Under the pieces are notes generated by a model that saw nothing but the letters and a program-made list of their open reading frames with translations, was not told the DNA's origin and did no database searches. Made by a program: the position numbers and the translations under genes. From the IMG/VR virus record IMGVR_UViG_3300036766_002289, positions 186,001 through 250,000 of that record: a stretch of DNA of 64,000 bases; one strand, written 5' to 3'. Every line of letters begins with the position of its first letter. Positions within the stretch are counted from its first letter, which is position 1. Positions 43,692 through 54,805 of this stretch are shown here, one piece after another.

Positions 43692-44423
43692 AGATGAGTA
43701 CTCATCAATTAAAACATCTTCAGACTCAGCGTAATGCTATGGAAGCATTGGTTGTCAGTGCTAGAGCGAAGATGGTCGAATCTCAGCGGCAGATGGAAGC
43801 TCATTTAAAAGAACTTAAGCGTATTGATGCCGAAATTGGGAAATTGCAACGTAAGGTTATTGTAAGTGAACATGCGATTGTTCGGTATTTTGAGCGTGTT
43901 TTAGGGTATGATATAGAAGACATTAAGACACAGATTCTTCCGCCCGATGTAAAACAACTAGTGAATGGAACATTTCAAGTTGGCATTCATAAAGTCAAAG
44001 TTAAGGACAATACCATTGTAACGGTATTGACGAATAGCGATGAAACTTAGTAATATTATTCCTGAACATGTTGATTCCCCGACAAGGCTTTCCCTTGTAA
44101 GGCTTGATGTTTTTGTACAATGGCTCAAAAAGAACAAACCAGACATTGTTAAGGAAGCTTATAGCGATTTAGGTAAGAAGCAACTTCAGGAAGCGTTCGA
44201 CGAGCTTGGAAATGCTACTGAACTTTGGAGACCATGATGCACAAATTTCTTGAAGAGGCTAAGGGAATGTCTAGTTGTACAGCGAGTGCTATGATGCTAG
44301 AGAAGCTGGTCGGAGAAGTGTTATGGATGGATAAGATGTTTACCAAACACCAATCAGCTATACTCCTTGAGTCTGTGCATCTTCGTATGCTTCTGAATTA
44401 GCAGAATTGTATGGAGAAAAATA

Positions 44424-45392
44424 ATGATTATTACACTGAATGATAAGTTGAAAGAATTGGATTACAATCCGACCTCAACAGGTCAAATTATTGACATACT
44501 AGAAAACAAAAAGACCGAGTATGTCAATAAAGGCAAGACTGTAAAGCAAAGTCTCTTTTACATTGAAGACAATATAGAAGGCAAGATTGGCCACAAAAAC
44601 TATGTAGAATATCTACTTGCTGCATGGGATTCCCATTACGGTATTGTCGTTAGTCCTGATATTATTTGGTATCTACTTCAATGCGAATTAACCAGCATTG
44701 TTGCTACCAATGCCGAAACATACCGTGATTTGTTTACTACTTCCAAGGAAAAGAAAACCATTACCATCCAGTCTAATTCCTTGACAGTAATGCCTTTAGA
44801 TGCTTTAATGCAAGCTCTCATAAAAGAGATTCCTTCTGAAGTAACGTCATTTCTGCCTGAATTCTCAACATCGAGTCAGCGAGCTATTTTTGCTCGTTTT
44901 GCTGCATTCGCAGACATGGTATCGCCGTATTACAATTACTGTATGTATTGCTGTGGGTTTCCAGCTATTGACGTGCGTGGCGACCAAGCAGATTGGGCGA
45001 AATTACATTATAAATGGAAATGTCTTGGTAAGATGTTTTCCAAACACCAAGACTACATTTCTCGCGTGGATAATGCTATTGCTCAAATTTGCGGGTCACT
45101 TAATGATGCTGACTTCTGGCGGGATATGTTTAATCTGGACAGGTGTGGGTCTGGCCACCAATATGAAGTTAGTGGTTGGTTGACCAATCTATATTTGCAG
45201 GAACCAGACACTCGTTTCCCTGAAAACTATCCTTCTCATGTATCTTTAGTGGCTTATAAACAACTCAATACGCAGAAGGATTATGAAATGAAGTCAGGGT
45301 TACTCGCAAGTAAGAAAGAAGGAAGTTTCTTGATTCCTGATTTTGCTCATATCATTTATGAGAAGCGTCCAGAGGTCACGATGCATGTATAA
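44424..45392 (+). CDS. DUF4419-like protein
   Basis: AWDSHYGIVVSPDIIW, NAETYR..F, PEFST, CGFP.I...G...DW, GSG...VSGW. Confidence 0.7.
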   Translation: MIITLNDKLKELDYNPTSTGQIIDILENKKTEYVNKGKTVKQSLFYIEDNIEGKIGHKNYVEYLLAAWDSHYGIVVSPDIIWYLLQCELTSIVATNAETYRDLFTTSKEKKTITIQSNSLTVMPLDALMQALIKEIPSEVTSFLPEFSTSSQRAIFARFAAFADMVSPYYNYCMYCCGFPAIDVRGDQADWAKLHYKWKCLGKMFSKHQDYISRVDNAIAQICGSLNDADFWRDMFNLDRCGSGHQYEVSGWLTNLYLQEPDTRFPENYPSHVSLVAYKQLNTQKDYEMKSGLLASKKEGSFLIPDFAHIIYEKRPEVTMHV

Positions 45393-48047
45393 GACAAAGT
45401 TACAAATTGCAAGGGATAAAGAACGTCTGAAAAAGCAGATGGAAGCACTTGATAAGGAAATGAAAGCGATTGACGCTGATCCTATCAGGGAAGTTGCACA
45501 TGCTATTCATAATACAACGTGTCGTCAAAAACATGATGATGATTGTTCATTCTTTTATGATACTTGGGATAATTCAAGCGGTGTTAGGCAAATATATGTA
45601 AAACGGGCGATTCAAATGTTGAAGGTTTGTGATAAAAAAGACGTATTAATGATTCTGGACATTATAGGGGGAAATCGTTAAAATGGCTAGCGATATGCTG
45701 AGTATTAAGCCTGGGCAGAAATGCAATCGTTGCACCCGTAGTCTAGATGAAAAACCGTATTGTACCATCTTTGGCGATGATGATAAGGTCAAAGAAATAA
45801 TCTGCGAGATTTGTTACGAATCTGAATACTTAGAAGAATATAAGAAAGATGGCATCATAACCACTAGGGTCATGATGGAAGGGTCGATGGCTAAGTATTA
45901 CTTTGAAGAAGGTGATTTAACCCGTTTACGTCCTGAAAGACAGGAGTTTTATTATCAGAATAAAACTCCTTTGCTCAACGTGGCCAAGGATGTAGAAGAG
46001 ATTCAGAAATTGGTTGATAAGTTCGATGAAAAGCACTGGTCCCCTTATTTGAAAAAGTATTGGAATGATAGTTCTGCCCGTGGACATAAATATAATTCTA
46101 AAAATTGCACTGTTATGATGTGGGGGTGTGCAGGTCGTGTTCTTATTACAGCCGAAGAACCTGCTGGCAATGTCACAATGATTTTTAGTGATTATGACTA
46201 TTCTAAGGCAGATGAATGGACGAAGCAGTGCTGTGGTGACACGAAGCCGCGTGGCGGGATTCAAGGTATTTGTGCGACCAAGGAAGTTGCAGTGGCAATT
46301 ATGGAAGATTTGATTAAGATTAAGAAGATCAAATTTAGTCCTGATGATAAAGTAACAATGGCGGGTTTGTAATGCAACTTAAACAAAATATATGTGGTGT
46401 GGATATAGAATTCCATCAAGCACCATTCCACAAAACTAATACTGCCATTTCTTTTAAGCAGGGCAGTATCGAGATTATGTTAGAGAATGTTGATACAAAT
46501 AAGGACTATGTTCCACTATTTACAGCACTGCACGCTAGGGAAACATATGCATATAGAGATATTGTGTTCTCCTGGCCGATTGAAACTACTATGCAAGTCG
46601 CTCAGGGTGATTATAAAATTAATCTAGAAAATATCACGTATAAGCCCCCAGGCCATGAAATGTCTTTTTACGAAATGTTTTGTTTTATTGCTATGCTACG
46701 TTGTATTGACCCGTATTAAGGGGAAATTATGAGGATCGCACAAATCATGCATGTTACAAAAGACATGAAATTGGCGATGGCTAGGTATTATCTAAATCGA
46801 CACAAGAATTGGGGCAGAAAAGAAGATTTGGAGTATGTTTCGAAGGTCGCCCAGCAGTGGGGTTTTAGTTGTATTGCAATAGAAGGCATTTTTCAATTTG
46901 AAAAGCCACGTAAATGGAGTAAGGTTGTTATTACCTGTAATCATGATAATTTCCTTGATGGCGGCGAGAAAATGGTATATGGTCCAGCAGCTAATGAATG
47001 GAAGTGAATAATGCTAAAAGTATTGATTGCGGCAGGAATTTTGTTTTACATGTTTCTTTTCTGGTGGTTTAAGCCAGCAAGGATTTTCATACCTTGTTGT
47101 CGTAGAATTTATCCTGTTATGAGTGAATGTAGTAACGAAAAGGATAAGCAAGTTGTTGTGTGGAATGAATCGCTCCAATGTTTAACTCTTAATAAGGGTG
47201 ATACACATGAAAATCCGTAAAGATTCTTGGCATTACCGCTTACTTAAGTGGTCATTTCCAAATGATAAATTGGTTGGGTTTGCCCGTAAGGGTATTCGTT
47301 ATGAAACCGCCGAAGAAATGAAGGAAGCAACTGGTTTTGGACCATTTCACACTGAAATAGGTGAATCTTTACCAAAAATGAGTCTTTGTAGGTATTGCAA
47401 TGAATTAATACTTACAATTTGTATAGGTTTGCCGATACTTAGTATGATGGTTATTCTTACTAGTCCTTTGTTTATTGCTTGTTATGTTGGTGAGTGGTGG
47501 GATATACGGAAGAGTAAACAGCCAGTTAAATCCAAAGCACCTAAGTTGTCAAGAGAACCAAGGACTTTACTCGGTAAGTGGCTCAAGGCAAAGAAGGATA
47601 AAGTTTGTCCTATTTTGGAGTATGAATAATGCCAATTTTAGTCTCGCAGAAATTGTTATTGCTCAAGGACGATAAAGGTGCAATAGTAAGTTGCAAACTT
47701 TTGGAAAAGAGAATTAATATGTCTTTTACCCCTTTTAAGGGATTAAACATAAGGGATGAGTTTGGGGATGTGTATTTCTTTGGAGACTATAATCATCATG
47801 AATATTATGCCCCCGCAGATTCTCTTTATGTTCTTTCAAACGAAGATTTTTATGACGAAAAATCAAGGGAAGATGTGGCTAAGATTCATATTAGTCAAAG
47901 GTGGAAATTAGTCGATAGTCCTAAGTTTAGAAAAAGGCACATGTATGGTCCGTTATATCCAATCGCGGATGAACTAGCATTGCCTTCGCATTACTTCTCA
48001 TTAGAAGGCGAAAACTATCATTTTCATGCACCTGTGGCGGCACACAA

Positions 48048-48503
48048 ATGATAACAATTTATACAGATGGTTCCGCTTGGCCTAATCCAGGTCCAGGCGG
48101 TTGGGCCGCTATCATTGATAAAGAAGAAATATCTGGCTCAGAGAAACAAACCACTAATAACCGCATGGAAATGACTGCTGTACTACGCAGTCTTCAGTAT
48201 GTACCAAAGAATTCTAGCGTCAAAATACATTCTGACAGTCAATATGTGGTAAATGGTATTGGTTGTTGGGCTAATGGCAAACCAACTAAGAAAGGTTGGA
48301 TGGTTAATTGGCGTAAGCGTGGTTGGCGGCTTTTCGATGGTGAAGTAAAAAATGTTGATTTGTGGAAAGAATTATATGAGCTTGTAAGACTCTATGATAG
48401 TGTAGAACTTGTATGGATCAGAGGTCATAACGATGACCCATTAAACGAACGCTGCGATGAATTGGCACTAAAGGCGAGATTAAATAATGAAACAAGAACT
48501 TGA
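48048..48503 (+). CDS. rnhA: Ribonuclease HI
   Basis: IYTDGS..PNPGPGGW, TTNNRMEM, SDSQYV, VKNVDLW, WIRGH...NERCDELA. Confidence 0.95.
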   Translation: MITIYTDGSAWPNPGPGGWAAIIDKEEISGSEKQTTNNRMEMTAVLRSLQYVPKNSSVKIHSDSQYVVNGIGCWANGKPTKKGWMVNWRKRGWRLFDGEVKNVDLWKELYELVRLYDSVELVWIRGHNDDPLNERCDELALKARLNNETRT

Positions 48504-48882
48504 AAAACAATTGCAAGATAAATTCCCAAAGCAATTCAGGGACTTATACGGACATAAAGCTGAAACTTGCATGGCCTGGGGTTTAACTTGCGGCGAAGGT
48601 TGGTTCCCTATCATTGAGCAAGCCTGCACTAAAATCCAAGAAGTATTGGATAAACACCCCGACATGGATTTTAAGTGGTTGCAAATTAAGGAAAAATTTG
48701 GGCAATTAACACTGTATGGTGGCTTTACCAATGAAGAAGGTATGCCGAACGAAATTTGCGATATTATCAAAGAGACTCAAAAGGATTCGTTAAAGGTTTG
48801 TGAGATTTGCGGGACAAGGGAAGGCGAAATAACTACAAAGGGCATATGGATCAGGACACTATGTAACGGATGCAGGTATTAG

Positions 48883-48910
48883 TTGACAATGCGGAAATTT
48901 GTAGTAAGAT
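48883..48910 (+). promoter_or_regulatory. Sigma70-type promoter TTGACA-N16-TAAGAT with GTAG before -10
   Basis: Intergenic; perfect -35. Confidence 0.7.
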
Positions 48911-48945
48911 AGGTGTAGTGAAGTTTTTAATTTATAGGAGAAAAC

Positions 48946-50130
48946 ATGGATACGTTTGAATGGAAACCAGGGTTCAGTTTAGTTAAGTATGGTAGCGTTT
49001 ATACGCTTAGTTGTAATCAAGAGTTTGTACAGCGTTTCAGCAACGTTATGCGTGACTGTGGCGACCCCACAATGGCACATTTGGCAGAAGATTTGAAGTA
49101 TTGCATGGATTCCGTTGGGGATATTGTTGATCCCGACTCCGACAACAACGAATTTATGTTGTCCAAGTATGCTCATGTCTATCTTTTGACATGCAAGCGG
49201 GAATTCATGCAACAGCTTAATGCAGCTATTCAGAATTTCCTTCTCACAAATCGAGTCTCCCCAGCACTGGGGGAGGTAGTTGAAGCCTCAAATAGTGGCT
49301 ATTCCATAACATATAAATTTGCCCACACGCCTTTATCAGGAACAACTAGGGGTCGCATTGAGATTGATACAGAAAAAATAGTATATTTTCGTATCAACGG
49401 ATTTGGGGAATTTAGAGTTATTGAAACTAAAATGGGTGATCCACTTACAGAAATTGTTGTTCTTGATAATAAGTTCATAAAAGGTGGTAAACCAACTCGA
49501 AATGGAATAACAATAGACTATTACGATAAGCAAACGCCCAAATCTCACAAAGTAATGGTTTCTTATGAGTATTATAATCCAGACCCGCCACAGAAGGAAG
49601 AAATAACAGGTGCAGATATCCTAATTAGGTGGTATAAAGCCCATAAGATAGCAGAAGAAAATCCACGATTGCTGATGCGTTTTACGACTGCTGAAGAAGC
49701 TACCAATGTTAGCAATCTTTGTAGTGACCGCATGAAGGAATGCGATGCCGCTGATATAGAGCTTTTCAAACTAACTAATGTCCCACTTCTTAATTTGTTC
49801 AGGGCAGCACAGGCAAATTTGCCAGACTGTAGTTGCAGTTTTCATTCTTCCCCTAGTATGCAGCACCCTGAATGCATGGAAAAATTGACAGCGTGGTTTG
49901 CCTACAGGGAAGCTTTAATGGCCTATGTTTTTGCACGGTATGTTCTTAATACGGAACATATGAAGGAAATAAGGTACACTCACAGAGAAAGAGCAGAAGA
50001 AATTGTAGAAGAATTACTTATTAAGTTAAGTCATACTAGTATTGTAGGTGAGGCTTTGGAGAGCATCCCTATGGAAAATTATGAAGATTTAGAAGAGTTT
50101 ATGACATTTATAGTCGAGAAGGCATTATGA
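48946..50130 (+). CDS. Multi-domain hypothetical protein with internal N-terminal repeat
   Basis: AGGAG RBS; FSLVKYGSVYTLSCNQEFVQ resembles FMLSKYAHVYLLTCKREFMQ. Confidence 0.6.
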   Translation: MDTFEWKPGFSLVKYGSVYTLSCNQEFVQRFSNVMRDCGDPTMAHLAEDLKYCMDSVGDIVDPDSDNNEFMLSKYAHVYLLTCKREFMQQLNAAIQNFLLTNRVSPALGEVVEASNSGYSITYKFAHTPLSGTTRGRIEIDTEKIVYFRINGFGEFRVIETKMGDPLTEIVVLDNKFIKGGKPTRNGITIDYYDKQTPKSHKVMVSYEYYNPDPPQKEEITGADILIRWYKAHKIAEENPRLLMRFTTAEEATNVSNLCSDRMKECDAADIELFKLTNVPLLNLFRAAQANLPDCSCSFHSSPSMQHPECMEKLTAWFAYREALMAYVFARYVLNTEHMKEIRYTHRERAEEIVEELLIKLSHTSIVGEALESIPMENYEDLEEFMTFIVEKAL

Positions 50131-50514
50131 TTCTTCCAACGTGTCAGCACTGTGGCTTTATGCATTCTGGAGTTTGTTCCAGAATAAAAAGTATTGAATA
50201 TTACGCAAATGGTACCATAAAGCGAGTAGAGTATCATCAATGGCTTACTGTTGCTGGCTGTATTGGTGAACCGCAAAAGTCGGAACCAGTAGAATATACC
50301 TATAACTGCGCAAAATGTGGCCATTTTTGTACTAAAGATTCTCCACCTCCAGATAATCTTTGTTACGTTTGTGAACAATATAATACGGAAAACTTATGAG
50401 TCAGTATATGCAGGCTACAGTGTTGGTCAGTTTTATGGGGAGTCCATAATTAGAAGAGGCTTAAACAAAAACAAAGGTTAAATCATATATATTGTATTAA
50501 GAGAAAGGAGTTTC

Positions 50515-51675
50515 TTGATACTAACAGGGACGTATAATACCGCTAAATCAGCTTGGTATGCAACAACAGAACCAGGCCAAGGAGTCAATAATTTAGGCAG
50601 AATCCAAGCCGCACATGCTGCACTTGCTAGCTACCCTTATGCTGCCCTCAATTTTCTATTATCCACTCCTACCGAGTACATACCAGTTAATGATGACGAG
50701 AATAGACAGGCAGGACATGATGCAGGTGTTGCTGGCGGCGGCGGTGTTACAGGCGGTTATGATTTCCTTTTAAGGGGAAATTATGTCCACCCATGTATCG
50801 TGGTCAATCTTGTTGACGGCACCTCAATAGCAGGTGGTAAGGCTTATTATGCAGGTAGTGTTACTAGTTTTACTCCAACTATGGGCACCATAACAAGAAA
50901 TTGGATAGAAGTATTTAGCACAGACGATTTAGTTAATACTCTTGGACTTTTTAATGGTGGTAGTTACGATATTAAGATTGATCCTTGTATCACTAGAGTT
51001 GCTTTAGGCACTACTACAAGCTTGGGTTCTCAGACATTAACACTTTCTAATATTAGTGTAAAAGCCAATGAAAGATTGGTAGTATTGGCTGGTGGAACTA
51101 GTCATTCTTCTGGATTTCCAGCCGATGGTGGGCAGACTTGTACTTATGATGGCAATTCGATGAATCAGGATTCTACTAGTCCAGTATATCAAGTTAATAA
51201 CATTATGGAGAGTTCAGTTTTTAGTATCCAACCTGGAGCAGATACAACAAATAAAAGTATTGTTTTCACTAATACTTCTACTAATGTAGATGTATTTTAT
51301 AGTAATGTAATTTTAGCATTGAAGATTCAAGGTCTGCCTATCAATGCCTTAGATGTAGCTGCGTTTCCTGTTGGCGGTCTTGGTGGTGATTTAGGCCCAT
51401 CAGGTGGCGCATTTACAAGTGAAAATGATGAGATGTTAATAGGTGCTGGATTCTGTATGGGGCCAGTCACGGATACTGACGGAAGCTGGAGTTTTAGCTT
51501 TAATGCAGGACAAATTGATGGAAGTGCGAGCGGTCCAGATATGCAGAACATTAAAGCATCTGAAGGGTATTTGGCAGTAACAACAACAGGTTCGCCTTAT
51601 ACAGCGAAAAAGACTGGTATCGGCGGTACTTCAGCCCAAAGTTACAACATTATGCATCTTTGCACATATAAGTAA
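50515..51675 (+). CDS. Gly/Thr/Ser-rich protein, possible virion structural or decoration protein
   Basis: Composition typical of beta-rich structural proteins; AAGGAG before TTG start; ATATATA upstream. Confidence 0.45.
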   Translation: MILTGTYNTAKSAWYATTEPGQGVNNLGRIQAAHAALASYPYAALNFLLSTPTEYIPVNDDENRQAGHDAGVAGGGGVTGGYDFLLRGNYVHPCIVVNLVDGTSIAGGKAYYAGSVTSFTPTMGTITRNWIEVFSTDDLVNTLGLFNGGSYDIKIDPCITRVALGTTTSLGSQTLTLSNISVKANERLVVLAGGTSHSSGFPADGGQTCTYDGNSMNQDSTSPVYQVNNIMESSVFSIQPGADTTNKSIVFTNTSTNVDVFYSNVILALKIQGLPINALDVAAFPVGGLGGDLGPSGGAFTSENDEMLIGAGFCMGPVTDTDGSWSFSFNAGQIDGSASGPDMQNIKASEGYLAVTTTGSPYTAKKTGIGGTSAQSYNIMHLCTYK

Positions 51676-51687
51676 CTATTATAATGA

Positions 51688-52275
51688 ATGCACAACCCGT
51701 TCGATATAGTGAAGACTTTCGAGAAATCGGTCGCAGAATATGCAAATAGCCCCTATGCTGTTGCTGTAGACACTTGCACCATTGCCTTATTCCTTTGTTG
51801 CAAATACTTAAAAGTAGAAGAAGTAACCATACCATGTAAAACCTATGTCTCCGTTCCATGCTCAATTATTCATGCTGGTGGAAAAATAAGATTTGAAAAT
51901 TATGAATGGGAAGGCACGTATAGACTAGACCCATATCCAATTGTGGACGGTGCATGTCGTTTCCGTAAAGGAATGTACCAAAAAGGTACACATCACTGTC
52001 TTTCTTTTCAGTATAGGAAACATTTGCCTATTGGTAGGGGTGGAATGATCCTTACAGATGATTGTAATGCAGCGGAATGGTTTAGATTGGCCAGGTTTAG
52101 TGGCAGACATGAAGTTCCATTGACAGAAGATAAACCAGTTATGGTAGGTTGGCAATGTTATATGGAGCCTGAAAGAGCGGCAAGGGGTTTATCTTTTATG
52201 ATGCATATGAAAGAGGATAATCCCGACCTTAGATTTGAGTATCCAGATTTGTCTCAGTTTGGTTTGTATGCTTGA
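51688..52275 (+). CDS. Short DegT/DnrJ/EryC1/StrS-family PLP aminotransferase
   Basis: FEK..AEY...YAVAVDTCT.ALFL, TYVSV, SFQYRKHLPIGRGGMILTD. Confidence 0.8.
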   Translation: MHNPFDIVKTFEKSVAEYANSPYAVAVDTCTIALFLCCKYLKVEEVTIPCKTYVSVPCSIIHAGGKIRFENYEWEGTYRLDPYPIVDGACRFRKGMYQKGTHHCLSFQYRKHLPIGRGGMILTDDCNAAEWFRLARFSGRHEVPLTEDKPVMVGWQCYMEPERAARGLSFMMHMKEDNPDLRFEYPDLSQFGLYA

Positions 52276-52299
52276 CAAATGCCATTTTCGTAGTAAGAT
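52272..52299 (+). promoter_or_regulatory. Sigma70-type promoter TTGACA-N16-TAAGAT with GTAG before -10
   Basis: Shares GTAGTAAGATA with the 48883 site; AGGAG and ATG follow. Confidence 0.7.
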
Positions 52300-53708
52300 A
52301 AGGCAGGAGACTTAAAATGATTACTGGAAAAGCATGGTCAGATGTGAATACGCTGCTAGCCTTTCTAAGGGGTGGCGGCATGGATGTGGTGGAGCTAGTT
52401 GAGCAGTATTTTAGTAGATTCAATAATCCCGCCCCCGCCGAGCTATTGGCAGAACAAATTGAAAAAGTTCAGAAGCATTTGGATGAAGGAACTAGAGAGG
52501 ATTGTCTCTAATGGAATGTTCAGAATTCATGCATATCGTCAAGAATTTCCAACCTCAAGACATTGCCCAAGTAGAGCGGATCGCAATGATCTGCCATTTG
52601 CAAGAATGTACAGAATGCAGTCAATTCATCCTTGAACAAATCGAAGAACATGGTATACAGGATAATCCCGAAGTGAAATCTTTGGCGGAAATGGATAGGA
52701 TGGTGGTCTAATGGCTACTGTATTTTGCCAGAAATGGATCGAAAGTGAACGTGGTTGGGGTATGCGAGACGATGGAGTTTCCTTACACTTAACAGAAGCT
52801 GACCTTACAGCGTTCATCAAGGAATATTGGGCTGCTATGCCAAAGGAAGTTCCTGACGAATATGCAAGGCCAGATGGTTTGCCGAAGCGTATCGAACTTG
52901 ATAAAAGAACTAAACTTTACAAGTCCTTAGCTAAGTCCCCGCAAGGTATTTGGCATTATGGTGAAGTAAAATGTTAGACATAAACAATCTTCAATTGCAG
53001 TATAAATGCCCAAAATGTTATGGGACAGGTAAACTAAGTGATAGTTGCTACCAAGCACGAAATTTGTATGAAAATTGTTATGAATGCGGCGGATTTGGCT
53101 ATAAGCTCAATCCTTTAGGTGAAGAGATTCTAGAATTGGTAAAACATCGTTTAGGACTTACAATTAGGACTGAAGCCAATGAATAAGATTTTGTTAGTAT
53201 TTGTGCTGATTCTCTGTGGATGTTCAGGAAATTTCAAAGAGAATAAAACAGTGGGTAACGAACTACAGCTTGAGGGCAGTAGTTTTCACCTTAAAATTAG
53301 AGAATTTGAGTACCAAGGCTGCGAATATATTGCTATTGGTTCTGGATGTTATCTTACAATTACTCATAAAGGTAATTGCAAACATTGTATGGAGCGTAAC
53401 AAGCAATGAAATGGCTCGTAACTAAGAATCCATTGACCTTAAATTTAACTCCGCTTGAAGCGGGGGTTTGGGTTCTTACAGGAGTATGTTTCTATTTTTA
53501 TCTTAGGAGTTAGAGATGCGAACAGCACAATTAGACAGTAAGACCCCGATGGCGTTTTCTATTGATGATACTGTTGCGGCTAATCTTATTCAAAAGGCCA
53601 CAGAGTATTCCAAGAAGTCCAAGAAGACGGCATCCAGTTTTGTAAGTAACCTGTTAAAGACGGCGATGGAAAACCAAGACATTCTTAACAAGATCGAAGG
53701 GGAATGAC

Positions 53709-54254
53709 ATGGATAGGAAAGCAAAGGCTCGTGTCGCAATCGCATTTGACGTTCTTCAAAGCGTCGATTCATTAAAAGTTGACAATCATGGCTATTATTT
53801 GTCTGACCTGGATGGGACTGTAACTATAGATAAGTACGGCGATGATGTTGATGTACGTAGGCAATTTAAGGGTGACATTAAAGAAGATGCTACCAAACAT
53901 TTGCCAAGATTGCAGAAATGCCATGTTTGTGCCCTTGGCGCATGTCTTATTAGCCAAGTAAAATTGTTTAATAAGATGTCGATTAGCAAGCTTGTAGTGG
54001 AAGATAGAAGCAATCCTAAGCACCAAGCGATTGATCCTAACCGACAAATAATTTCTAAATTACTTTCTAAGTTCTTTTGTCAAAGTCAACTAGACTTAAT
54101 TGAGTCAGCATTTGAAATAGGTGGGGACTATTACTCTCAGGCTCCATATTCTGTTGATGCGGAAGACTTTGGAAGAAATTATGATGACCCGAAAAAGCGT
54201 TTGAAAGCAATCATGGCCAATATCATTGTGAACGATGGTGAATTTTGTCCTTAA
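53709..54254 (+). CDS. Hypothetical protein, tandem paralog A
   Basis: MDRKAKARVAIAFDVLQ...CHVCALGA...IIVNDGEFCP. Confidence 0.8.
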   Translation: MDRKAKARVAIAFDVLQSVDSLKVDNHGYYLSDLDGTVTIDKYGDDVDVRRQFKGDIKEDATKHLPRLQKCHVCALGACLISQVKLFNKMSISKLVVEDRSNPKHQAIDPNRQIISKLLSKFFCQSQLDLIESAFEIGGDYYSQAPYSVDAEDFGRNYDDPKKRLKAIMANIIVNDGEFCP

Positions 54255-54265
54255 AGGTGATTAAC

Positions 54266-54805
54266 ATGGATAGGAAAGCAAAGGCTCGTGTCGCAATCGC
54301 ATTTGACGTTCTTCAAAGCGTTGATTCATTAAAAGTCACTAATGATGGTTGGTACCTAGCGGACCCAACTGGCAAGTATTATAAAGACCAAAATGGTGAG
54401 GAATGCATTGATCTTAGGGATTTTAAGGGCGATGTAAAAGAAGAGGCGACTAAACACTTATCCAAATTGCAGAAATGTGAAGTCTGCGCTCTTGGGGCAT
54501 GTGTAATTAGTCAAGTTAAGCTGTTCAATAAACTGCCAATGAGTAAGTTACTATCTGGGGACAGACCTAATACGAGAGAAATTAATCCTAACAGAGATAT
54601 GGTTTCTAAATCACTATCAAGGTTCTTTTCCCAGGAACAACTTAATTTGATCGAGACAGCATTTGAAGCAGGCGGTCATCATCTTATAGTGGCTAACCCT
54701 GACCCTAATGCTGTTGAGTTTGGAAGAAATTATGATAGCCCGAAAAAGCGTTTAAAAGCAATTATGGGCAATATCATAGTGAACGATGGTGAATTCTGTC
54801 CTTAA
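54266..54805 (+). CDS. Hypothetical protein, tandem paralog B
   Basis: Same N- and C-termini as paralog A. Confidence 0.8.
   Translation: MDRKAKARVAIAFDVLQSVDSLKVTNDGWYLADPTGKYYKDQNGEECIDLRDFKGDVKEEATKHLSKLQKCEVCALGACVISQVKLFNKLPMSKLLSGDRPNTREINPNRDMVSKSLSRFFSQEQLNLIETAFEAGGHHLIVANPDPNAVEFGRNYDSPKKRLKAIMGNIIVNDGEFCP

Noticed and set aside
44271-44281. Partial motif CTAGTTGTACA (also GCTTAGTTGTAA near 49005)
   Set aside because: Inside coding sequence and lacking the full core; likely chance
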